Source of the DNA: an uncultured Acidobacteriota bacterium
Lineage (GTDB): Bacteria; Acidobacteriota; Vicinamibacteria; Vicinamibacterales; 2-12-FULL-66-21
NCBI GenBank assembly: GCA_963774855.1
Contig: CAVZGT010000011.1
Span: 34,042-98,041 of the forward strand
Length of the DNA stretch: 64,000 bases
Direction: 5' to 3'
Below, piece by piece: positions 37,609-45,035 of this stretch (position 1 is the first letter of the stretch; each line of letters begins with the position of its first letter). The notes beneath the pieces were generated by a model. The model searched no databases. It was not told the DNA's origin and saw only the letters and a list, made by a program, of their open reading frames with translations. A program made the position numbers and the translations under genes.

Positions 37609-38283
37609 CTTTTGAATCGCCCAAGTTGGGGTCCAGAACGTGAAGGTCGTGTTCCACTTCCCGCTCGCGTTTGAGGCCCGCGTAGAACGTCTGGTGGTGC
37701 TCCTGGTCGCGGTCCCGATGCCGCTCCAGCAGGCCGCGGCCCTCCTTCGTGAGCACGACCGCATCGTCGCGATGACGGCCACGCGGACGGTCTCGATCAG
37801 CCCCTCTTCTCGAAGATGTCGGAGGTCGCCCGACCGAGGATCGGCAACGCGATCGTTGTGGTCCCGGAGATCACGACTGGAGACCACTCAAAAGGCGCCC
37901 ACGGTCGCGAGCGTGCGCGACTCGGATCCCCGTAAGCTGTATTCGCGATCGCGGTCGCGAACGAGCTCCCGCTCCGGTCCGCGGGGCAGGGGAACGTGCC
38001 GGGTGAAGGTGTCGCGCGGGTCGCGATCGCGCTCTGGATTGTCGCGGTCGCGATCGGCCCGGCGCGGATCGTGACCGCCGTGCCGGCCGCGCTCATCCGA
38101 TCCTTGCCGCTCGTTACCCGGACCGCGCCCAGGCGTCGGCGCACCATCGTCGTTCCGGTCGCGCGTCCGTGTTCCGGGTTGGCTCCAGTCGTCTTCACGC
38201 CCGCGGTCGTCAGAGCCGCTGCGCCTTCCGGTGCTGGGCTCGTTGGGGCGCCGCTCGTCGTCGCGCGAGTCGTAGTCGCGAGG
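37589..38283 (-). pseudogene. Decayed gene: Arg/Asp/Glu-rich N-terminal region + wHTH-like domain, with an in-frame stop and a frame break
   Basis: My own minus-strand translation gives RDYDSRDDERRPNE...RDRDNPERDRDPRD...SRTLATVGAF, then TGA (37889-37891). It continues VVSSRDLRDHNDRVADPRSGDLRHLREEGLIETVRV. A frame shift near 37760 leads to DDAVVLTKEGRGLLERHRDRDQEHHQTFYAGLKREREVEHDLHV and a stop at 37589. There is no start codon in the first segment. Confidence 0.45.
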
Positions 38284-38315
38284 TCAAAATCCATAGACGT
38301 GCTACCCTTTCTGTT

Positions 38316-38555
38316 ATGGATTCCAGACAGCTCTTGGCCGAAGCCCTTCGACTCTCCGATGGGGAGCGAGCCGCGCTTGCCGGCGAGCTGATCCAGAGTC
38401 TCGATTCAGAAGTGGATCCGGACGCCGAGGCCGCGTGGTCTGCCGAGATTCGAGCGCGGCTCGACCGCGTCGACGCGGGGACCGCCAAGACGATTTCCTG
38501 GGCGGAAGCACGTCGGCGCATCCACGCGGCAGCTGGACGTGGCCCGCGAACTTGA
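38316..38555 (+). CDS. Addiction-module antitoxin (TIGR02574-like component)
   Basis: MDSRQLLAEALRLSDGERAALAGELIQSLDSEVDPDAEAAWSAEIRARLDRVDAGTAKTISWAEARRRI. It overlaps the toxin start by 17 nt. Confidence 0.8.
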   Translation: MDSRQLLAEALRLSDGERAALAGELIQSLDSEVDPDAEAAWSAEIRARLDRVDAGTAKTISWAEARRRIHAAAGRGPRT

Positions 38556-38835
38556 ATATCTCGAGGAAGCTCTCGAAGAAGCGGAAGCGGCGGCGCGTTG
38601 GTATGCAGAGCGCAGCGTTGCCGCCGCTGCTGCGTTCAGCGAGGAAATGGACGAGGCCGAATCGGCCATCGTCCGGCTGCCCGACGCCTGGCCTCCCTAC
38701 GACCACAACACACGCCGATATCTGCTCCGGCGTTTTCCATTCAGCGTGGTCTATCGATCGGAATCTGACCGCATCTTGATCGTCGCCGTGGCGCACGCTC
38801 GCCGACGGCCGGGCTACTGGAAGTCGCGAACGTAG
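38539..38835 (+). CDS. RelE/ParE-family type II toxin
   Basis: GTG start. The C-terminus ...RRFPFSVVYRSESDRILIVAVAHARRRPGYW is typical of ParE/RelE plasmid-stabilisation toxins. Confidence 0.8.
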   Translation: MARELEYLEEALEEAEAAARWYAERSVAAAAAFSEEMDEAESAIVRLPDAWPPYDHNTRRYLLRRFPFSVVYRSESDRILIVAVAHARRRPGYWKSRT

Positions 38836-38837
38836 TT

Positions 38838-38866
38838 GGCTGACAATTGGCTGACAATGCGTAGCG
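38838..38866. repeat. Direct repeat, right copy
   Basis: ggctgacaattggctgacaatgcgtagcg begins 2 nt after the toxin stop and matches 34417-34445. Confidence 0.9.
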
Positions 38867-38918
38867 GCTCGGGGTTTTCTGGGGTTGCCCCAAGTTGCGA
38901 ATCTCCTAAGAAAAACGA

Positions 38919-38942
38919 GGGGCAGCGGTTTCCCGCTGCCCC
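38919..38942 (+). terminator. Rho-independent terminator candidate
   Basis: Perfect 10-bp stem ggggcagcgg / ccgctgcccc with loop tttc, followed by ttcattct. Confidence 0.65.
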
Positions 38943-39152
38943 TTCATTCTCCTCTCGTCACCTGCGCAGCTCTATCACCTTCTCGCGCATGAATGAGGCC
39001 ATACGCTCGGTCTCGGAGACCAAACATTGTTTTGTGGTCAGACCGACACGGTGATGTACAAGCCGATTAGTCTGAACGGTCCTATGATCGGTGCTCCGGC
39101 TTACGCCGACATAGGCGCCGCCAAAACGGACTACCGCTGAAGGATTACGAAC

Positions 39153-39707
39153 ATGTCAAACAGTGCATCTTTGCTTGTCGGTGTAATGCTGGTTCTCGGA
39201 CCGGCTGCGGGCCAGGCCGTTCAATCCCAAACGGCGACGGCTGTTACGGAGACGCCAAATTATGTCGTTCCCGAATCGTTCGAGGCGTTCGCGAATAGTG
39301 TTGACACCATCGCCGTCGGTCGATCTCAGCGAACCGAGATGCTTCGTGACGAGGTCGGCAGCATCGTCGCACAGTGCCACGCGCAGATCGAAGAGATCCT
39401 GAAATCCGGCGCTGTTCCGATAGCTGTGGGGGAAGTTGTCCGCGTACGCGTTGTTGGCGGCAGGCAGATCAAGGACAGACTGGTCCCTGCGGACGACATC
39501 TCTGGTTTGCAGCGTGGCCAAAAGCTCGTCATGTTCTTGCACTGGGTAGAGGCTGAGAAGGCATTCCACCTGGCAGCAGGACTGAGCGGGGCATTTGACG
39601 TGTCTACGAATACTGTTGAGCCTCTCGGGAGATTTCCCATTGCCAGGGCGCAGCGCGGCAAACCCGGGTCGGAGTTCGTCGCTAAGCTGAAAGGGACAGC
39701 AAAGTAG
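39153..39707 (+). CDS. Hypothetical secreted protein, compositionally atypical
   Basis: Signal peptide MSNSASLLVGVMLVLGPAAGQA. An AGGA lies 8 nt upstream. G+C is visibly lower than in flanking genes. I recognise no family. Confidence 0.6.
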   Translation: MSNSASLLVGVMLVLGPAAGQAVQSQTATAVTETPNYVVPESFEAFANSVDTIAVGRSQRTEMLRDEVGSIVAQCHAQIEEILKSGAVPIAVGEVVRVRVVGGRQIKDRLVPADDISGLQRGQKLVMFLHWVEAEKAFHLAAGLSGAFDVSTNTVEPLGRFPIARAQRGKPGSEFVAKLKGTAK

Positions 39708-39740
39708 AGCCAACTCGCTGAGCTCCAGCTGCGCATTCTG

Positions 39741-39765
39741 GGAAGATGTGGAGTGCGCACGCGTC
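39741..39765 (+). promoter_or_regulatory. ECF-type promoter candidate (GGAAG-N16-CGTC)
   Basis: ggaag (39741-45), a 16-nt spacer, then cgtc (39762-65), 26 nt upstream of the sigma-factor ORF start. Confidence 0.3.
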
Positions 39766-39790
39766 ATGAAGGGCAGGCCGGCTCCGTTGC

Positions 39791-40327
39791 GTGCGACTAT
39801 TCCCCTTCCCGCCCGTTATAGACAGTGTGACCGTGCCATTTCCGCCAGACGCGGCCGGTACCATCGCAGACGCCTACGGCTCGGCGGTGCGCGGGTATTT
39901 CCATCGGGCGCTCGGCCGGCGTGACCTCGCCGAGGACCTGACACAGGAAGTCTTCGTTCGGGTGGTGCGGTCGGCGGACCGATACGACGCGCGCGGACGA
40001 GACCGCGCGTGGGTGTTCACCATCGCCCACCATGTTCTCCTCGACCACTTTCGCCAGCGGGCCGCGCAGCTCGAGGCGCCCGGTGACGGTATCGAACGAT
40101 CGGTTCCGGCCACGCAGGAATTGCGCGCATCGATCGAGCAGGCGCTCCTGCGACTCCCCGACGACGACCGAAACGTCTTCCTCCTCGCGGAACTCGCCGG
40201 CCTCTCTTACGCGGAAATCGCCGTGACCTGCAACACGACGCACGCCGCCGTTCGTTCGCGCGTGTACCGTGCACGGCTGGCCTTGCGCGCGGCGCTGACT
40301 GCTCCCCCTCGCGTTCCCGATCCCTGA
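39791..40327 (+). CDS. ECF-type RNA polymerase sigma-70 family factor
   Basis: Region 2 reads DLTQEVFVRVVRSADRYDARGRDRAWVFTIAHHVLLDHFR. Region 4 reads LPDDDRNVFLLAELAGLSYAEIAVTCNTTHAAVRSRVYRARLALR. The start is uncertain (GTG 39791 or GTG 39827). Confidence 0.85.
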   Translation: MRLFPFPPVIDSVTVPFPPDAAGTIADAYGSAVRGYFHRALGRRDLAEDLTQEVFVRVVRSADRYDARGRDRAWVFTIAHHVLLDHFRQRAAQLEAPGDGIERSVPATQELRASIEQALLRLPDDDRNVFLLAELAGLSYAEIAVTCNTTHAAVRSRVYRARLALRAALTAPPRVPDP

Positions 40328-40340
40328 AGGAGTATTCGCC

Positions 40341-40706
40341 ATGGCTCATGACGATCACGAAGTGCTCTCCGCGCTGCTCGACCGCGAGCCTGTCCTTCCC
40401 GACGCGCTGGCCACCGTTCTGGAAGAACCGGCGGGTCGCGCGCTTCTCGTCGATTTCGTTCGGCTGCGCCACATCCTGCACGCGGACGGTTACGTGGAGA
40501 GCACCGAGGATGCCGTGGGCACGATTCAGCCCTCGGGCTGGGGACGCGCCATCAGGCGTGCGGCGGCGGTTCTGCTGCTGATCGGCGCCGGCGGACTTGG
40601 AGGCATGTGGCTGGCGCATGACGAGCGGGACTCTCCGCCCCCGGAACCCTCCCGTATCGTGAAGCTCGAGCCGATCTCCGCTCTCTCGCAAGGGGGTGGA
40701 CGATGA
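40341..40706 (+). CDS. Putative anti-sigma factor (single TM)
   Basis: GGAG lies 8 nt upstream. The product starts MAHDDHEVLSALLDREP and has the TM segment AAAVLLLIGAGGLGGMWLA. It sits immediately after the sigma gene, and its stop overlaps the next start. Confidence 0.6.
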   Translation: MAHDDHEVLSALLDREPVLPDALATVLEEPAGRALLVDFVRLRHILHADGYVESTEDAVGTIQPSGWGRAIRRAAAVLLLIGAGGLGGMWLAHDERDSPPPEPSRIVKLEPISALSQGGGR

Positions 40707-41707
40707 GATCCATCACGCTGGCAGGAATGGCGTTGACGGGATGCCTGTTACTCGGCGGGTGGCGTCTCGTGGCGGCGCAGCAGCCGGAGGAGATCTCCGC
40801 GGACCCCGCCGTGATGCCGGGCCTGCAGATCGAAGTTGCCGGTGGCCCGAATCTCGGCGACAGCGCATCAGGCGGGCTGCTCCTCGAGCGCGACGCCTGG
40901 CATGACCTCACACTGTATGCAGGCGACGCGCGAAGCCGAAGTCTGTGCCTGGGGGGCGTGTCGTCAGCCGCAAAGGGTGCCACGTCGGGGGTGCCGTCCG
41001 ATCAGCAGCCGTTGGTCGTGTGGACGGTGTCGGCACGACTCGTCAGCTTCGACGGCGACGCGGCGACGATGGACGTGCGGTGGAGACGCGAGCCGCGCAG
41101 CGACCAACTGCAGCCGGCACGGGCCTATGAGGGGCAGTTCCGGTGGACGGCGGCCGAGGGCGTCAGCACCGTCCTGGATCTCGTGCGTCAGATCGACCCT
41201 GCTGAGCCGCAGTGCGAGAGTCGTTCGATCACGATGCGCTTTGCCCCGGTCGACACGGCAGAACTCCGCGGGGCAGCTATCGCGTATGACCTGTGGCTCG
41301 TCCAACGGGTGTCCCAGGGCGGGACGGTCACGCACCACATGCGCACAACCGGCCGGCAGGGAGAGTACGTGTCCTTCTTCTTTCCCGACGTCGCCATCGA
41401 CGTGCCGTCACTCCAGAACCCCAGGGGCCCGGCCATCGTGGATATGGGCGTGCGGGGGCACATCCGGGGACGCATGAGACGCGATGGCCGTGTGGACATC
41501 TCTGTCGAAGCTGGCCGCACCGTTGGACCACGCGGGCTGGGGCTGTTCCTTAGCACGATCGGCCGCTCCCGGCTCACTGTGGCGCAAGAAGAGACGGTCG
41601 AGTTCGAGCCGGTGCCAATGCAAGGTGGGTGGGGGACGGTGCGATACGCCGAGATGTTTCGAGATGCCCCGACAGCTATCCGGGTGCAAGCCACTCGGTT
41701 GTGGTGA
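40703..41707 (+). CDS. Hypothetical secreted protein, translationally coupled to the anti-sigma gene
   Basis: ATGA overlap at 40703-40706. Signal peptide MRSITLAGMALTGCLLLGGWRLVAAQ. 334 aa. I recognise no family. Confidence 0.6.
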   Translation: MRSITLAGMALTGCLLLGGWRLVAAQQPEEISADPAVMPGLQIEVAGGPNLGDSASGGLLLERDAWHDLTLYAGDARSRSLCLGGVSSAAKGATSGVPSDQQPLVVWTVSARLVSFDGDAATMDVRWRREPRSDQLQPARAYEGQFRWTAAEGVSTVLDLVRQIDPAEPQCESRSITMRFAPVDTAELRGAAIAYDLWLVQRVSQGGTVTHHMRTTGRQGEYVSFFFPDVAIDVPSLQNPRGPAIVDMGVRGHIRGRMRRDGRVDISVEAGRTVGPRGLGLFLSTIGRSRLTVAQEETVEFEPVPMQGGWGTVRYAEMFRDAPTAIRVQATRLW

Positions 41708-41730
41708 CCGTGCCCGGTAGGCGATTCGCG

Positions 41731-41796
41731 GGCGGAAGCACGTCGGCGCATCCACGCGCCAGCCGGACGTGGCCGCGAACTGGAATACCTCGAGGA
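41731..41796 (+). pseudogene. Relic of a second antitoxin/toxin junction
   Basis: Aligns to 38501-38567 at 62 of 67 positions with one 1-nt gap (hand count). It covers the antitoxin end (AEARRRIHA) and the toxin start (ELEYLEE), then diverges. Confidence 0.75.
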
Positions 41797-41923
41797 GCAG
41801 CGTCACAAAACTCATCCGTTTGATGCCACGTTTGTCTGCGTCGGTGAACTCAGCGTGGCGCAGTATCCACGTGTTCCAACCGCCGGTTGCGATCGAGCGT
41901 CATAATGAGCCAAGGAGGTCAGG

Positions 41924-43158
41924 ATGGCTTTGCCAGTCGTCGGGGCTACGCGCCTCGCATCGATCGCGACCTGCGCCACATTGGCCGTGGCGGTGGGCAT
42001 CGCGTCGCAGCCCAAGACGGCAGACACAATCCAGGTCTGGAGAATTGGCTCCCCGCACAAGGGCGACACACCCCGCGCGTGGGTGCCCTCAGGCCTTCAG
42101 CTGGCGTCGTCGAAACTTGGATTCCGGATGTCGGTGGAGGTGTTCCCGGCAAGCAGGGTTCGCCCAGACGTTCCTCGACGCCGTGAGGCGTAACGCGGCT
42201 CCAGACATACTCGTCTTCGACAACTTCGGCGTGATGCAGGGCATCAAGACCGAGCTCGGGAGTTTTGAAGGCATCGGTCAAGAGGCGACAAGCCGCAGGG
42301 ATCTCATTCAGGTCACGGGCGCGTTCGACGAGCTCCTCGGTCCTGCTCGTGGGTGGACGTATTTGTTCTCGTCCTCACCGAACCACGAAGCAGCCAGGAC
42401 ACTGGCGCTAAGGACACCCGGCTGTCCGGGTGGCTCCGCCGCGGCCAACCTTCAGGGAGAACTGACTGAGTTGGTGCCGAAGCTTGCGAGGGCTTACCTC
42501 GAAGGGGACGCCATCAGCATTCAGGCTGTACTCGGATGCCGATCGACTCGAGACCGTTCGGTCCAAACCAGACACAGTCAGCGTCGGAACCGTCCAGCCG
42601 TGTGGAACCTGGGGCAATTCGCGAGTGGCGTTCGCGTGGCTCAACGTGTCGTACCAGGCAGAGAGACCAGGGGCCGGCGGCATCCCGGATCTCCCGCCGA
42701 CGACGATCGGCCACACGCGTGTCCTGATCGTGCTTCGGAAACGATCCTCGCAATGGCAGTTGCTCGCCGCCGCGCGCGACCCGGTCACCAACGGAACATT
42801 CGTCGACCAGCTGCCATCGATGGTGGCCGGTTTGAGGGGCCATGACGAGCCGCCTGGGCTTCCCGCACCGGCGACGCTTCTGTCTCCTGCCGACGGTGGC
42901 TGGCCCCGACCCTCCAACGGTCAGCGCTTTGGCTTTTTCACGTGGCGGTCGAGCCCGTCCGAAGACGTCGTGGCCGAGGTCGCCGAGTTCGCCTATAAGG
43001 ATGATGCCAGGCTGTTCGTTGGCCGGCCGGCGCTTTCAGGATCCCGGATTTCCACCGGGCAGTTGTGGACCACCGGCGGCAAATGGAACTGGCGCGTCTG
43101 GTCCATCACCCGATCCGGCGACATCGTCTTCTCCGACGCACGGACATTTCTGCACTGA
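41924..43158 (+). pseudogene. Hypothetical exported protein; two frame breaks
   Basis: Three ORF pieces join sensibly. The first is MALPVVGATRLASIATCATLAVAVG...MSVEVFP, with a break near 42150. The second is QAGFAQTFLDAVRRNAAPDILVFDNFG...ISIQAVL, with a break near 42535. The third is DADRLETVRSKPD...WNWRVWSITRSGDIVFSDARTFLH. Confidence 0.6.
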
Positions 43159-43353
43159 ACAGGCGATGCACGCCCAGTCGACCGGGGCGGCCGCCGCCCA
43201 CGGCCCGAGGGTCCCACCCCCGTCTGTACGGAACCGGCTGTTTCGACGTTACCCAGAGAAAGCGGTCCCGAACGCCGCGGACCTCGCCCGGCGGCGCCAC
43301 GACCGCCCATGTCGCGTTGTGTCAAGGCAAAGCGAGCAGACAGGAGATCCGGG

Positions 43354-44919
43354 ATGGCCTCCAGGCACCTCATCAACGTCGATCTCGCGAAAGTGTTCCG
43401 GACCGCCGACCGCAAACAGTTGCTGCAGGTCCTCACCTGGGGGGCGTCCGTCGAGGTGATGAAGATCACCTCCAAGCACCTCGAAGTCAAGGCCACCGAC
43501 TTCGAGAAACAGCCGGATGGCAGCATCAAGCCCAAGCTGATTACCGGGTTCATCGTGCCACCTCAAGGCACCACCCCCGCCAGCGTCGTCGTCGAACGCT
43601 CCAAGAACAAGATCCTGAAGGTGGACTTCGTCGACGTGCAGCAGGGCGATGGCATGGTACTGGAGACGCCGCAAGGCAAGGTCATGCTCATCGACGGCGG
43701 CGACAATCAGATGTTCGCGCGATACCTGGCCTCGAGGTACAGAGGCACGAGCGCCGACCGTCCGAAAGAGATCGACTGCATCCTCGTCTCGCACGGCGAC
43801 GCGGATCACTTCCTCGGCCTGACGGAGATCCACAAGTCCGAGACGAACACCGCCAAGTTCAAGCGGCTGTTCATTCACCCGCAGCGGGTCTACCACAACG
43901 GGCTGGTCAAGCGTCCCTCGAGCCGGAACGGCAAGAAGCGCAAGGACACCGAGCTCCTCGGCAAGACGGCGAAGGTCGGGAAGGACCTGTTCGTCACCGA
44001 CCTGGCTGAGGACCTGCTGGCTGTGCCCGACACGGAAATGAACAAGCCGTTCCTGGAGTGGAAGGCCGCCTTGAAGGCCTTCCGGAAGCGCGGACCGATC
44101 AAGTTCCGCAGGATCGAGCGCGACGACGACAAGGCGTTCGACTTCCTGGGCGAGGGGCTGAAGGTTGAAGTGCTCGGGCCGATGACCACGACCCACGGCG
44201 CGAAGAAAGGCCTGAAGTTCCTCAGAACTCCGCGCAAGGGGCCCCGGCTCGCCCCCGAGGTTCTGGGCCTCGAGGATCACGGCGCCGGATCCTTCTCGTC
44301 GTCTCACACGATCAACGGGCACTCGGTGATTCTCCGGATTACCTACAAGGGCTTCTCCTTCCTGTTGAGCGGAGACCTGAACGACGAGGCGGGACGGGAG
44401 CTCACCCGCGCGCACAACCGCGGCGACCTCAGCCTCCAGGCCGAAGTCTTCAAAGTGCCGCACCACGGATCCGCGGACTTCTCGGGCGCGCTTCTGCAGG
44501 CGGTCTCACCGGTCATCTCGATCGTGTCGTCCGGCGATGAAAACGCGCGCAAGGAGTTCATCCACCCGCGCGCGACGCTGATGGGGGCGCTTGGCAAGTA
44601 CTCGAGACTCGCCGAGCCGCTGATCTTCGTGACCGAGCTGGTCGCGTTCTTCCAGGTGGAGAAGGTCGTCTTCCCCGAACGTCACAAGATGAAGAACGGC
44701 GCCGCCGTGATCACCAAAGGAGCCGCCGCGCTCGACAAGAAAGCGAAGCCGCCTTTCTTCGCGTTCAGCCGGGCGGCCTTCGGCCTCGTGACGGTGCGCA
44801 CGGATGGTGAGCGGCTGCTGGTGGTGACCAACAGCGGGCGAACGGACCTCAAGGAAGCCTATGCATTCTTCATGAACGACCGCGGCGAGCCGGAGCCGGT
44901 GGCGGTGAGATCGGTGTAG
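43354..44919 (+). CDS. Stand-alone ComEC/Rec2-like metallo-beta-lactamase-fold hydrolase with novel N-terminal region
   Basis: AGGAG lies 6 nt upstream of ATG 43354. Motifs: DVQQGDGMVLETPQGKVMLIDGG, ILVSHGDADHFLGL, GHSVILRITYKGFSFLLSGDLNDEAGREL, VFKVPHHGSADFS, IVSSGDEN...HP. There is no membrane competence domain. The product is Lys-rich. Confidence 0.75.
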   Translation: MASRHLINVDLAKVFRTADRKQLLQVLTWGASVEVMKITSKHLEVKATDFEKQPDGSIKPKLITGFIVPPQGTTPASVVVERSKNKILKVDFVDVQQGDGMVLETPQGKVMLIDGGDNQMFARYLASRYRGTSADRPKEIDCILVSHGDADHFLGLTEIHKSETNTAKFKRLFIHPQRVYHNGLVKRPSSRNGKKRKDTELLGKTAKVGKDLFVTDLAEDLLAVPDTEMNKPFLEWKAALKAFRKRGPIKFRRIERDDDKAFDFLGEGLKVEVLGPMTTTHGAKKGLKFLRTPRKGPRLAPEVLGLEDHGAGSFSSSHTINGHSVILRITYKGFSFLLSGDLNDEAGRELTRAHNRGDLSLQAEVFKVPHHGSADFSGALLQAVSPVISIVSSGDENARKEFIHPRATLMGALGKYSRLAEPLIFVTELVAFFQVEKVVFPERHKMKNGAAVITKGAAALDKKAKPPFFAFSRAAFGLVTVRTDGERLLVVTNSGRTDLKEAYAFFMNDRGEPEPVAVRSV

Positions 44920-45035
44920 GGCAAACCGTCGATTCCGGGACCCGCGAGATCGCAGACCAGGCCCGGCCGCTCTCCGTGCCATAATCCGCGTGCCATGAAC
45001 GAGGCCGACCGGCCGAGTCCAGGGGCCCGGTTCGA

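Larger units (their letters stand above)
34363..45035. mobile_element. tRNA-Pro-associated mosaic genomic island (decayed integrative element); right boundary uncertain
   Basis: It holds an integrase tail remnant next to the tRNA and a 21-bp direct repeat pair. It also holds a TA module plus a TA relic, a decayed wHTH gene, and ORFs with lower G+C and Lys-rich composition (by eye) at 39.1-39.7 and 43.3-44.9 kb. Confidence 0.5.
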
